Under the pieces are notes generated by a model that was given only the letters and a program-made list of their open reading frames with translations, made no database searches and had not been told where the DNA came from. Positions 48,301-59,523 of a stretch of 64,000 nucleotides of DNA are shown in pieces. Source of the stretch: Monocercomonoides exilis PA203 (Eukaryota > Protista > Preaxostyla). Each line of letters begins with the position of its first letter. The stretch's first letter is position 1. The stretch spans positions 682,001 to 746,000 of the forward strand of contig LSRY02000022.1 in NCBI GenBank assembly GCA_001643675.2. Direction: 5' to 3'. The position numbers and the translations under genes are program-made.

Positions 48301-48673
48301 CTTTTTCTTGATCAGGAATACGTTGTTCCTGTGTTTGACATCTTCCTGATTTATCTCCTCCACTATTCCGGTCCTCGTCTGTTCCTCCAACAAATCCATG
48401 AAGGCTCTTCTGTGCTCCCCGCTTGTTAGCTCGGCTCCATCTCTGTACGACATCTTTGAAAGTTTCTCTCTTTCTCTTCTGCTCTTCCACATCGCTTGGA
48501 TCCCATTTCGGATCAAATCTCCTCCTCCAATCTCTTCCCATGCCTTTAAGAACAGCACCGTCCTTCCTCCAATGATCTGATCTGGCTGCGACTCTTTCTC
48601 TGTTGCTTTCGTTAATTCCTTTGAAGACCCCGACTCCGACTGGACCATCCTGCTGCTCTCGTTCGGCTTCCAT
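45377..48673 (-). CDS. DIRS ORF3: tyrosine recombinase with a long N-terminal extension overlapping pol
   Basis: ACRFTEL (R), LKTS (K), ICPAIAI, PYSIKAAS (HxxR position) and VKHY (nucleophile Y). Confidence 0.88.
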   Translation of the reverse strand: MEAEREQQDGPVGVGVFKGINESNRERVAARSDHWRKDGAVLKGMGRDWRRRFDPKWDPSDVEEQKRKRETFKDVVQRWSRANKRGAQKSLHGFVGGTDEDRNSGGDKSGRCQTQEQRIPDQEKERNMEADLRLSSFECSGPQNAFQMRQRENSGENITERRLGSDDRPSSGILSSPSFRESQTISRFQISRKRLRIQRNAFRIRRCTQNIHACDEESDEGNKKKMACEACCVFGRPANITSRSNAFKKNYGRDCAVFGVTWAASEQGKKPPICQQRVCLPRIQMEHGNNGGSVEGRQKNCIDERSGQMESESSESQEGENKRFRLVHWKTQRNPFRSARHFPMAAFHVSPLTKRIGVARMERTDENQRIHYPTDSAMEEDIEITPSTQANSSVCPTGSDYNRCIGSGVGGYAVNQQSTVRRTQSVSTSTCETVIELQGVNGGVVSSQPFWPSAPEERNQSTASEIGQYSCCLQYKQMECRKELETRTEKDMEMEGRNTYRDESHTHPRHQEHKGRRSVKTRESRGLRCASRRAAGDSEDSSEDTDTGCVCSKSQSQVGEMVWHQQSDCRGWSHGSMERRSCFGSPSCAADCINDSESEKDESTSDLTPAELERPELGHSFEVDTTQELGLEAAKGSVTERPFNAMDECQSSSRTVEDRVVESIQRDGEEWWKRALEQKAFATDLAEECHKGIAETTWKGYLFGFAHFGKQWKECGHKEIPDNIFDWASNCANVFLSLRNGGMSLTCLQITRAAVSFYSSLVFNTCLGDIPLIKMLFRAFRRTNRSKRKENREIWNPQTLLKYFADQGPNETLSFKQLTIKVIVLTMLFSACRFTELERIDMRNSRFKEEGIYLDTRLKTSETRTEIAVPYLSDLPLICPAIAIKTLWERVKQANPNTNSLLLNTNTFAPLTAGGIRKLAKEALTNAGIPDTFTPYSIKAASISALTMAGIPPVQIAKFARLSPQTNTLVKHYFRADLASAMGKVIASSPEISTKQAQRAEKVEQKGRKESQNKDEKKVAIVKKQYNMSKRNEKIQASDDSQAIMPSKIEEPKEEEKEDTKYDKRFIIRTRAQSKKEKIQKEWKVSKAVVMMVSEIPN
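46594..48648 (-). CDS. DIRS ORF2: reverse transcriptase + RNase H + Dam-like methyltransferase-type domain
   Basis: ILDCRRLN, IDLHQAY, MPFG and YLDD (RT); TTDAS, NYRELMAV, SDN and ADALSR (RNase H); LDAFA...W...HPPVPLI...LPNW (MT-like). Confidence 0.95.
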   Translation of the reverse strand: MVQSESGSSKELTKATEKESQPDQIIGGRTVLFLKAWEEIGGGDLIRNGIQAMWKSRREREKLSKMSYRDGAELTSGEHRRAFMDLLEEQTRTGIVEEINQEDVKHRNNVFLIKKKNGTWRQILDCRRLNAAVLRTHFKCDSERTVERILLKEDWAVTIDLHQAYYLLPVSENLKPYLAFRFLGKDYVFKGMPFGFVDAPRIFTHVMRKVTKEIRRRWHVRLVAYLDDLLILHQDQMHLRRITEEIVQFLESLGLLVNKEKSHLSASREFVYLGYRWNTEIMEVQLKEDRRIALMKEVDKWKVKAVKAKKVRIRDFASFIGKLSAIRFVQQDTSLWLHSMYRLLQKGLELQGWSGQMRINASIIQQILQWRKILKSRPQRKLIPVFVPQAVITTDASEVAWGATLSINNQLLDAHNRFPHQLAKQSSNYRELMAVWLALNHFGPALQRNGISRLHLRSDNTAVVYNINRWNAGKNLRPVLRKIWRWKEETHIEMRATHIPGIKNTRADALSRLERAGDYDVRAEELLEILKIAQRTPTLDAFAASHNHKLERWCGINSPIAEDGLMVPWKDEVVLAHPPVPLIVSTIQKAKRMKAQVILLLPNWRGQNWDTLLKSIPHRSWDWKLQKEVLQKGPSMQWTNASLPPGRLRIVLLNPYSVTEKNGGNALWSRKLSQQILQKSATRE

Positions 48674-49511
48674 AGCTTCTCCTTCCTGAGAAAGAGCGGG
48701 GTCTGTGACGAAAAAACTTCTGACCTGCTCCTCCTTTTGACGGCGCCTGAACTGGGCTGGCTGAACGGAAATCCATTTTTTCCTTCGTTGCCTCGATCAT
48801 TGTTTCAAAACCTCTATATTTCCTTCGCGCACTAGCCATATCCGTTTCTAGCTCCGATTCTTTCAGGATCTGTTCTTGTCTCGATGTCAACAGCCCAGCC
48901 GCCGCTTCCGCTCTCATTTTTTCCGCTGCTTTAAACCCGAACCGCCCTTGAATTCTGGTATTTCTGGCCTCCTGGAACGCTTTTGCCGTGAGGACAAGCG
49001 CATCTGAAGCTCTCTGTCGTGCGCTATCCTTGTTGGAATCCATTTCGGCTAAGCAAAACAAAACGGCTTTGAAAGCTTGACATAGGCACATCTCCTGTTT
49101 ATATCCTGCACTATCAAGTGCATCGTTGAACCAGTTCTTGGATTTTGTAGCTGGAGGAGGCATTGGCGGTAACAAGGGGCTTAAATCGTGTAAGGAATAT
49201 TCCTGCTGAATTCTTTCCACTGAAAGAGTATGAATGTGAATGTCGAGTAAAGATTTAACGGGATCCTGCGCAAATACTTCTTCAAAAACAGATGCTGCAG
49301 CTTCGTACATGCCTTCTTCTTCTTCTCGTTTGCTCTTTTCTCTATCTGACGGCTGTGTTGAAGATTCTGTTGGCTGGTTGATAAAAGGCGGAGAAAGGAG
49401 CTGCGGCTGCGATTGGATGTTCATCTGGCTTTGCGCCCCACCTGGCAGTCCGGCTGCTTCGGTCGACGGCGTAAGTCCAGGAAATGTCGCGAACTGCGAA
49501 GATTGCAACAT
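48612..49511 (-). CDS. DIRS ORF1, gag-like
   Basis: First ORF after the 5' ITR. Helical core with an R/G/S-rich basic C-terminus. Confidence 0.75.
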   Translation of the reverse strand: MLQSSQFATFPGLTPSTEAAGLPGGAQSQMNIQSQPQLLSPPFINQPTESSTQPSDREKSKREEEEGMYEAAASVFEEVFAQDPVKSLLDIHIHTLSVERIQQEYSLHDLSPLLPPMPPPATKSKNWFNDALDSAGYKQEMCLCQAFKAVLFCLAEMDSNKDSARQRASDALVLTAKAFQEARNTRIQGRFGFKAAEKMRAEAAAGLLTSRQEQILKESELETDMASARRKYRGFETMIEATKEKMDFRSASPVQAPSKGGAGQKFFRHRPRSFSGRRSYGSRTRAAGWSSRSRGLQRN

Positions 49512-50402
49512 TGATCCGATCGTGGCGATGACCCATTGATCGTGATCTCAAATAAAAGAGAAGGAATTGAATGGATGTTTTTCTTGAAAATAAAGGTGCT
49601 TATGCACTTTTATTGATCAATGTTTTGCTCGTGTTTCCACGAGTTTTTGAAACCAAGCATTTTCCTTGTTAGCATTGTTTTTAAACTTTTCTTTTTAACA
49701 TTTTTGGTTATTTTACAAATATTGTAACTCTTTTTTTTCAATAGTTTTCATACATCACCTTTTTTTTGAAAAACGAAAATATCAACAAAAGAAATAATTA
49801 TTTGCAAAATTGATTATGTTTGAATTATATTATATTATGTATAATATTATATGGCAAAGCCTTCATAAATAATTTTTTGTGTTCAAGAAGGAAAACGTGA
49901 AAAACAAAATATCAACTTTTTCATTTTTAAATTGAAATTCTTTTTAATTTTATTTCTCACCACTTTTATTATTTGTAATACTAATTTGTTTTTCATGCAC
50001 GTATGATTAATTAAAAAAACAATAACATATTTCTTCAAAATTTCAGTTTTTCAAAAAAAAGGTGATGTATGAAAACTATTGAAAAAAAAGAGTTACAATA
50101 TTTGTAAAATAACCAAAAATGTTAAAAAGAAAAGTTTAAAAACAATGCTAACAAGGAAAATGCTTGGTTTCAAAAACTCGTGGAAACACGAGCAAAACAT
50201 TGATCAAAAAATAAAACTAAAAAAATTCAGATCTTTTTTTCAAAGAAATAATTTTCAAAAAAAATTAGTATACAACATTTTAATAATATATTATTTGTTT
50301 TACAATTTTTTTTATTGAATGAAAGCTTCTATGTGAAGCAATATGAGATAAAAAAATTTAGGATCTTATAAAAAACGGGGTACTAATAAAAATATGACCA
50401 TA

Positions 50403-51620
50403 TAATGAATTTCAGTGAATTAAAATCCGTCGTTACGGCTAAATTATTCAGTGAAATCAATGAAATGATCAAAGAAAAGAAAATGCCATTGGATTGTGCA
50501 TTGGTGCTATTGAAGCATATTGGATATCATAGTGAACTGAATAATTTTTATATAAATGGCTTTGATGAATCTTCATTGAGAAAAAGGATTCGAGAGATGA
50601 TTGCTGATGAAAATGAGGAAAATGTTGAAGATAATGAAAAAGTGATGATTGATCTTTGTGAATGTTACCTGCTGCTTTCAAGTTTTGATTTTTTTTCACC
50701 CAAAAAGTTGATTTTAGTTTGTATGTCTTGCCTTCTGAAAGTTGCATTAAAGAAAGAGGAAGATGAGGAGACACAAAAAGAAGTGGAAATGGCTTTGCTG
50801 GCTTTGTGTAATACTGAATATTATGAATGTTTATTAATATTTCGTTTATTTAATTTTTGAATATTTCTCATTCTTTGATTAGAAATTAGGAAATGAGCTG
50901 TATTTTAATTGGATCAAAGAAATCATCAAACATCACCAGGAATATCACAATCTAACTCAACTTGCGTATCAGTCTGCTTGGTACATTTTGTCTTTCCAAT
51001 TGCCCAAAGTCGAAAGTCTGGAAGCAACAGCTGTTAAAGAGCTGCATTTTGGAAGAGAAGCAGAAAAAGCAATGGAAGATCTGTCAAAGTGTGTGGATTG
51101 GAAGAGAAAAAAGAGAGAAAGAGAGAAAAAGAAGTGAAAGAAGCGTCTATTATCGAGAAATGGCTCTATGCAACTTTTTATTATTTATCCGAATGCAAAT
51201 AGTGGAATGAAGAATTTACTGGACTAATTAGCAGCATTGTGGGGTTATTTCGAGCATCAAAGGAAAATAAAGGAAAAATTTGCGATAAATGTTTTTATTT
51301 GTTGAAAGAAGCAGCAGACAAAAGAAATTCGAAAATTGATACTTTTGCGAAGGATGGCGTCATAGATGTATTTTTGGAGGAAATGATGCAATCAACTTTG
51401 GAAGATAAAAATATGTCTGATTGTTTGGATTTCTTTTTGAGCATTTCAATGTAATTAGAAGGAATGAAGGATGATGAAAAGGAAGAGGAAGAAAGAAAGG
51501 CAGCAAAAAAGGGGATATGGAAAAGATGGAAGAAGATGGATACGAAGACTGCGTTGTCAAATTTTTGAAGTTAGGTCTTAATTATATGTTTAGAGATGAC
51601 AATACAGTAATAACTATTGA
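50403..51620 (+). pseudogene. 3' part of the interrupted helical family gene
   Basis: MNFSELKSV...EETQKEVEMALLAL, then an intron, then IKEIIKHHQEYHNLTQLAYQSAW. Later frameshifts and stops. Confidence 0.75.
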
Positions 51621-53123
51621 AGATTTTTTTGTGCATCTGTAAAGCGAAGGCTCATTTCGGTTCCATTCCTTTTGTTGAAGTCACAGAAAAGCAGCAGAAG
51701 AAGAATGGAATGGAACGAAATGTCAATAGAATCACAGAAGAGGCAGATAACAGTAAATGAACAAACAAAGAGAAGAGAAGAGAAGGGAGAATTACATGAG
51801 AGAAAATGTTTCAATCCGAAGCAGCATCTTTGGCTGAGAAAAAAGCATATCCAACACAAATTGTGGATTCTTCATTTATTTCAGTCGGCCTTCTCATAAT
51901 CATCATCTGCTTCAACTTCTTCATTTCATTCAACCTTTCTCTCACAAAGCAACTATCAACATTTCACAATTAATCCATCTTCTTTTTCTTCTTTCTGTCT
52001 GTTTGTTTATGACATTGCACTTTTTATTGAATTCCATCAAATCTCATGAAGTTTTGAAAAACCATTCACAACCTCATTTTGGGTGCAACATCCCTAAAAC
52101 ATTCACAATTTCAGATCTTCATCTTCCTCATCTTCCTCATCTTCGTCACAATGAAAACAGTCATTACAATTCATTTTTTGTAGTCATTAAAGAAATAACA
52201 CATATTTCAAATCCTTCACAAAAAGCTCTTCAACAAACATGAGAAACAACACAGGCAATTTATCTTCACTTTTCTTCTTTCTCCTTTTTTCTCAGTTTCA
52301 TCATCATGTTTGTGATCATCAAAGAATGCCTTTGAATTTCAATTAGAATTTCATCTTCTTCTTTAGCATTTTGATGGAGCGACCTCATTCTTTCGAAATG
52401 CATCAAAAAAATCATGTTGTCCGAGGAAACTTGGCTGTCAAAGAATGAAGGAAAAAAAAAACAAATGAAAACACTTGGACGGAAAATAACAACCTCTCAA
52501 GAGAATGTTATTTCTTTGTCTTCTCTTTTTGCGAAGTCTTCTTTTCTCTTGCTCATTTGGAATTGAGAGCGGATATTATATTCTGAATGACTGTTTGGTG
52601 AGGCATGTGGGAAGGGAAAGAGAAGGTGGGGAATTTGGGAAAGATGGACATTTGTGGAATTGAAGCAGCAATTGGCCAGCCAGTTGACAAAAGAAAGTCT
52701 GATTTTCTTTTCTTTTCACATTCAAATTTCAAATACTCTGATTGTGAAATGGATTTTGATTCATCTTCGTTCAATGAGATCAAGTGAAGCTTGGAAAAAC
52801 AAGAGAAGAAGCTGGTGGAACACAAAACTTCTCAAAAGATATTGATGAGGTTGCTGCAGAAGATAAACAAACTTTTTCAAGAGTTTTTTTTCAAGCAACT
52901 TTTGTGTTAACAAGTTATTTGAAGAAGATTATTTTTGGAAGAAAATTGAAATTTTATCTTTTTCATATTTTTTGTTTCTTCATTTTGATGAAATGAAGTG
53001 GAATGAAAAACAAAATGTCTTAAAAATATCATCCAAACGAGCGTTTGTTTTCGCTCTTGTGAAATGAATAAAAAAAAGAAAGAAAGAAAAAATTCTTAAG
53101 ATATTAAAATTCAATTCATTTTT

Positions 53124-54578
53124 TCAAATAAACACAAAATAATTAAAAATGTTAGACGATAAATAACTATTACATTTCCTATAAAGAAAATCAAACATTC
53201 CATGAAAGCTAATGATGATATCTTCGTATCCTTCTTCTTCCATCTTTTCAAATGCTTTCCTTTTGGCTGCCTTTCTTTCAACTTCTTCCATTTTATCTTT
53301 CTTTTCTTCTTTTAATCTTGTTGAAAGAGATTCAAAAAATTGAAATCTATCAGATGTTATTTTATTATCGAGTGTTGATTGTTGAAGTTTCTCCATAAAC
53401 TCGTCAGCCACTCCACTCTTCAGCAAGTCATCAATCTTCACGGCTCTGTTTTCTGCAACTGCTTTGAATAGATATATGCACAATTCGCTAATATCTCTGT
53501 TATTCACCTTTGCCGCTCGAAATATCTGAAAAATGCTTTCAAGAACACCAACAAATCCTTCGATTCTCGATTCACACAAGTCCAGAAATTCACACAGCAT
53601 ATCCAGCCATCTCTCTAATAGAAGCTCTTCTTCTGTTTTTTTTTCTCTTTCATCTTCTTTTCTCTTCCAATCCACATTTCTTTTCAGTTCTTCGATTTCT
53701 CTTTTTGCTTCTCCAGCGAAATGCAACTCATTTAGAATCTTTCCATCAAAATCATGGCAGACCAATCCTCTTATCAAATGGTACCAAATTAATTGATAGG
53801 AAAGCTGTGTCATATTGTTATGCTCCTGATGATATTGGATTATTTCTCTGATTTCCTTCAAATACAGTTTTTTATCAATCCCCTATTTTAAAATAAAGGG
53901 AAAAAATACTAACATAACAAAAAATGTAAAAGAAGTGAACATACACAATATCCATCAATGCAACAAAAAGCCAATAAAGCCATTTCAACTTCTTTCTGTT
54001 CTTCTTCGCTTTCCTCTTTCCTCAAAGCCGCTTTTGGATAGCAAGATTTGAAAATTGATATTAATTCCGATGAAAATCCATCCTTAAGCAAAAGACAGCA
54101 TTCGCAAAGATCTCTTATCAGTGTTTCGTTCTTCTCCTCTTTTTTCTTTAGATTTTCCTCAACAATCATCTTTTCAAATCTTTCACTCAATGAAGAATAA
54201 TCAAATCCATCAATCATAAACTCATTCAGCACATTGCAATATCCAACATGCTTCAGCAGCAAAACAACATTCTCTGTAGGAAATTTCTTTTCTTCAATCA
54301 TTTTTTTTATTTTGTTGAATATTTCTTCTGTGAAAACAGATCTGAATTCTCTTTTACTCATTTCATCTGTCAGTGCATTCATCACTTCGATTTTCTGTTT
54401 CTGTTCAGCGCTGGTGCAATATTCCAGCTCAGAATACAATTCTGCAAAAGGGATTCAAAAAAACAAAATTTTTGTTCAGAATTGTTCAATTCAAATAAAA
54501 GAGCAAACTCGAAAACTTCTCGGCTTTGTTCATCATCTGCACTCTTTCTTCAGACTTTTCATTATCGCGTACACTCAT
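53124..54578 (-). CDS. Lineage-specific helical (ARM-like) family protein, 3 exons, apparently intact
   Basis: ATG 54578 (MSVRDNE...KFS), GT-AG intron ~54508-54443, exon ORF 53909-54439, second intron, exon ORF 53124-53861. Shared motifs KEVEMALLA and EIIQYHQEHxN. Confidence 0.7.
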
Positions 54579-55929
54579 TCTGCTTGTTGAAAAAAATAAT
54601 CAAAATAAGGGGCTGTGCTTTATTTGAAACAAAATTAAAGATATATGCAAACATCGTTGATTATCTTGCAAAATTACAAAGATCTCAGTACAAACTATTT
54701 TTCTTTTGCTATTTGAAAAGAAGCGAAAAATTAAGTGCAAAGAGTCCACAAAGTCAAGCTATGTGATGTCAAAAAAAATTATTCTTTAAATCTTTTTGAT
54801 AAAACCAACAATAAATTATATAAGAAAGTTTTTAGAATTTATCATTTGCATTTTGAATAGCTTTTTTTGTTCACCCGAACGTTATCAATTGATAATTCAA
54901 ACTTGAAATGTGAGATAAGAAATCTGGCAGATTAAATGTGTGAATGGAAGATATCTTTCATTTTTCTGTAAAGATGAATGAAACTGAAAGCAAAGAAATG
55001 TTATGCAAGAATAATTGACAGATTTTGTGAATGGCTGCATTTTGAGCTCATTTTTCAAGGATCATTGGGTTATGAAAGATTAAAAGAAATGAAATTCTGA
55101 AAGTTCATGTGAATTGACAAATGAACTTCAATATCGAAACATCCTTGTCGACTAGCAGAGTGTCAAGACCCAATGCTTCAATTGCCAAACGATATTGCTC
55201 CACAAAGAAAAACAAAGAAAGCAAGATCCAACCAAAAAGATACAGATTCACAAGTTTGGCTTGGCTGAAACATCAAAAGGAATTATTTTCTTTTTGTTGG
55301 GTGCCATTTCCAGATTTTTGCGTTCAAAGAAGATCTTATCCTTTCTCCTGAAAGAGATTTAGAAAAGAAGAGGAAGAAAAAGAAGGTGGAGAAGGAAAAG
55401 ATGATGAAAAATCGAATGAAAAAAATATTATCGAACAATATTCAATTGAAAATCCTTCATTGAATTCGCTATCTTCTTCTTCTTCTTCTTCACTCATTAA
55501 AACCTCCAATTCCAAAAAACAAGAACATAAAAAGGATTTTATTTCTCTGTTGTCATTTTCCAATTTCAATAAGAATCTTGTCTTTTTCTCAAGAGTGAAC
55601 AAGTTTATTTCTCGTTTCATCTATCCTAATGGTTCAAAAGCATCAAATTCATCATCTTCTTTCTCTTCCTCTTCCTTTTTTCCTCTTCTTAAATGTTTGA
55701 AAATTCTGATTGAAATTGAATGTTGAGATTTGACAGATCCAATAATGATTATCATTTATTATTCAATTTCATTGTTGTTCTTTTCCTTTTTATTTTTGTT
55801 CTGTCTCGAATCGAAGATATGAAAATTCTGTTAATACAAAATTAATCAATTTCTTGATGAAAAATGAAATGATGAAAATAGAAAAAGATAATTTTTGAGA
55901 AACAGAATAAATAATATCTCATTTACTCA

Positions 55930-57090
55930 AACACTTACAGAATAATCAGAAATATCCAACGATAAATGATCATGATATTCTTCGTTGAGAAAATCAAAGG
56001 TTTCATGAAAACAAACAATTACATAATCGTATTATTTTTCTTCATTCTTTTCAAATATCTTTCTTTTTAACTCTTTTCGTTTTGTTTCGGTAGTTTCTCC
56101 ATCTTCCTTTTTATTCAGTCTTTCAGAAATATTCAAAAAGAAATGCAAATGCTTTTCTATTATTTCTTCTTCCATAGCTGATTGATTCATTTCCTCCAAA
56201 TAGAGATCAACAGCTCCGCTTTTCAACAAGTCTTCAACATTCACAGCTCTATTTCCTGATGCTATTTTTAAAGGTCGTGTGCAAGAGAAATGAAAATCTT
56301 TTTTATCATCATTTGACACTCGAAGCACTCGAACAATGCTGCTGAAAATGTCACAATTCTCTTCGTTCCTCTTTTGGCTAAAGCCGAAGAAAAAAATAAG
56401 TGTTTGGTTCTATCTCATTGAAAAATTCGCTTCATTCTTTTCTTTATCTATCTCCTCTCATTTTCCTCTCTTCCAAGCAACACTTCTGGTTAACATTTCT
56501 TGTTCTCTTTTTGCCTCCTTCGACAAATGAAGAATATTTTTGAAAACAACCTGAATAGTATTTTTATTTTTGGTAGCATGAAGATCAAAAACGGCAAAGC
56601 ATACTGACATACAAGCTTATGAAGGTTGTAATTCTCATGATGATATCGGATTATATCTTTGGTTCTCCAGGTTAGTTCCCATTCCACTTTATCTAACAAA
56701 CAATGAAAAATAAAAAAATAAAATCATTTGTGAAATAGAAATGTTCAAATCCAAACAATATTGATGCGACAAAAGGTAGAAAAGCCATTTTTACTTCATT
56801 TTGAGTATCCTCGTTTTCCTCTTTGCTTAATGCAGCTTTCAGAAGGGAAGGCCACATATCGAAAGCAATAACGATTGGAATTTTGAATATAGTGAAACAT
56901 CGCAATCACAAAGATCAACAAGAAAGTTTTTGTTACTTTTCTCTTCTTTTCTCTTTTTATTTTCTTCATCAGAATCTTCCAACCTTTCAAACAATTTTGA
57001 AAAAAGGCAAAGAAATAAAAAAAAAATTCTTTCATTTTGTGTTTAACTGCATTATGACTGCAATCAGGTGAACTTTTCAGAGGCAATAGC
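55930..57090 (-). pseudogene. Decayed paralog of the helical family
   Basis: KEENEDTQNEVKMA, DIIRYHHENYNL and VEDLLKSGAVD motifs occur in broken frames. Confidence 0.7.
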
Positions 57091-57368
57091 CTCCTTTATT
57101 TCCGCAGTAATTATTCTTTTGACAAAAAACCATAAATTGGTCTGATTAAAAGAAAAATTCAAGAAATTACACTTTATCATTTAACAACATAATCATTGAA
57201 TCGTTGTGGTATCTTTTTCATATCGATATTTTCAGAATATTAATAGGTATTGCAACTTTCAAACTGTCATTTTGAAAGATTGTTATAGAAGTTCATATTT
57301 ATCGATTTTTCTGTTGGCTGAAAAATTTTCCTTCGTAATTCGATAAAACATTTATGCATAAAAACGAA

Positions 57369-58781
57369 ATGGAGATGCTACCAGATGATAAATGTGTTGG
57401 TATGATTAAAGAAATTCAAGTGACCGAACAGTTTTCGAGTATGAATTCTTGTTTGTTTTCCGATTTGAGAAGTTATAAATATTGTTTTTGATGCTTTCTG
57501 AAGAAATAGTGATGGAGTTGGAGCATTGTTGGGAAAATGAGCAAACGCAGAAAATCGAGAAGATGATAGGATTGGTAGAGGAAACGAATTCGTTCGAATT
57601 TTATTCAGTTTTCACAAAAGAGGCATGCAACAGAATCGATAAAATGATTAATGAAAAGAAATTTGGAGAGGAAAGCACTGTGCTGCTGCAATAGGGGGTA
57701 GGACGTTTGATGAATCTGAGAAACTTATCTCGAAAAGGCTACAACGATTCTTTGCTGTGCGAAAGGATAAAGAGAATGATTTTGGAAGAAGAGAATAAAA
57801 AAGAAATGAAGAATGGGAAGTATCTGGCGGATCTTTGTGAATGTTTTCTTTTCACAAGATATCAAATGGGTGACCCACCAAAAGAATTTCTGACAATTTG
57901 TGTGCCTTGCCTTTGAAAGGTCGCATTGAACAAAAAAGAGGATAAAGACAATTAAAAAGAAGTGGAGATGGCTTTGCTGTCTTTGAGTTGCATATACGAC
58001 CATTATGTATAAGAACTTCATGCATCATTGTAAAAGTTTTTGAATTTCTTTCTCCTTTTTATATTAGAAAATTGAAAGAGAACTGTATTTGAATGAAATC
58101 AAAGAAATCATCAAATATCATCAGGAGCATCGCAATCTGACACGACTTGCATATCAATCTGCTTGGGATTTATTGGTTAATCAATCACGCATAAATAGAA
58201 GTTTGGATGACGTTATTATGAACGAGCTGCACTTATTTAGAGAAGCTGCAAGAGAACTTGGAGAACTGACGAAATGCGTGAATCTGAAAAGAGAAGAAAA
58301 AAGAGAAGAAATTCGAAGAATGAATGAAGCGGAGACAATAATGATGAAGTGGATAAAAACTGTGGAGGCATTTTATCTGCATCTCAGGTCTTGGAAAGAG
58401 GAATATGCTGAACTGATCAGTTATCTTGCCAAGCTGGCAAAAGCAATGAGAGAAAGCGAGAGAGATATATATAAATCGCTCACCAGCGCTTTTGAGCTCA
58501 TTTCAACTTGGAAGATTTTCAGAATAGATGCTATGATGAAGTGTGGGGTTGTTGATCTGGTTCAAGATGAAATACAGCAAAACACATCGGATGATATGAT
58601 GACATATGATTGCATGATGTCTTATCGTGTTCTTTCCAGAAGGCTGAGAGAGAATGATGATAAAGGATACAACGAAGTTGGTTGGGTGGAGACGAAGAGA
58701 GAGGTGTTACAAAAGATGGAAGAAATTGGATGCGAAGATATCATCACATGTTTTCAGAAAATTTACACTTTTATTTTATAA
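57369..58781 (+). pseudogene. Paralog of the helical family (5' part broken, last exon open)
   Basis: LEHCWENEQTQKIEKM, LADLCECF and EIKEIIKYHQEHRNLTRLAYQSAW. In-frame stops in exon 2. Confidence 0.7.
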
Positions 58782-59523
58782 AGGAAAGTTTTTGTTTTAA
58801 AAATTTGTCTTATTTCCATCTTCATTTCTTTTTCTACCACCAGATTGTTTTGTGGGTTATTTTCTAATTTGATTGGTTTCAAAATTAATTTCAAACTTTC
58901 TTTTAACAATTATTTCATCAATTCAGAACTCAATCAACAGAAAAATATAATTTTTGGATATTTTTATTTTATTCAAAAAATGTCGAAATATATAGAATTT
59001 TCGAACGACAACAACAACAACAAAAAAAAAAAAAAAAAAAAAAAATGATGCAATGAAGGAACAGCAGCACAAAAAACATTCAAATACAAAAAGAAAACGG
59101 AAACACTTACCCTTCACTATCTTTAACAAAAACAAAAAATTCAGTAACATCAGGTTTAATTAGATAAATTTTGAAAATAGTCTCAGAAAATAAACAGAAA
59201 ATTATTTATACATCGATAAATGAACACGTCTATTTATTTTTTCATAATTTGAAAATATTTAAAAAATTAGAAAATTTAAAGTATCAAAAATCAAAATGTT
59301 CTCAGAAAATTGTTCATTTTTAAAAAATAAACAATAAATCTGAGTAATAAAAAAATCTGAAAACAAAGCTTCAACATGCCGACACATCCAAATAACTTTT
59401 TCAACCCTTTTCTTTTATTTGAATGTTATGGCTAAAATGAAATCGCACATAAAAAAGATCAAAAAATATTCTTATGGGTGTTTTGATAACACCCATTATT
59501 AAAATATCATAGTATTTATTGTG

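Larger units (their letters stand above)
45038..49614 (-). mobile_element. Complete DIRS1-like tyrosine-recombinase retrotransposon (4577 bp)
   Basis: Three overlapping intact ORFs. 49-bp ITRs at 45054-45102 and 49524-49572. ICR at 45266-45372 complementary to both ends. No TSD. Confidence 0.95.
44843..50400. mobile_element. 981-bp foldback/MITE (353-bp TIRs, TA TSD) with a DIRS inserted in its left TIR
   Basis: Left TIR = 44845-45037 + 49615-49774; right TIR = 50046-50398. TA at 44841-44842 and 50401-50402. Confidence 0.92.

Noticed and set aside
44845-50398. Outer long inverted repeats as the DIRS LTRs
   Set aside because: The ICR matches ends at 45038 and 49614. The outer repeats rejoin into a separate TA-flanked foldback element.
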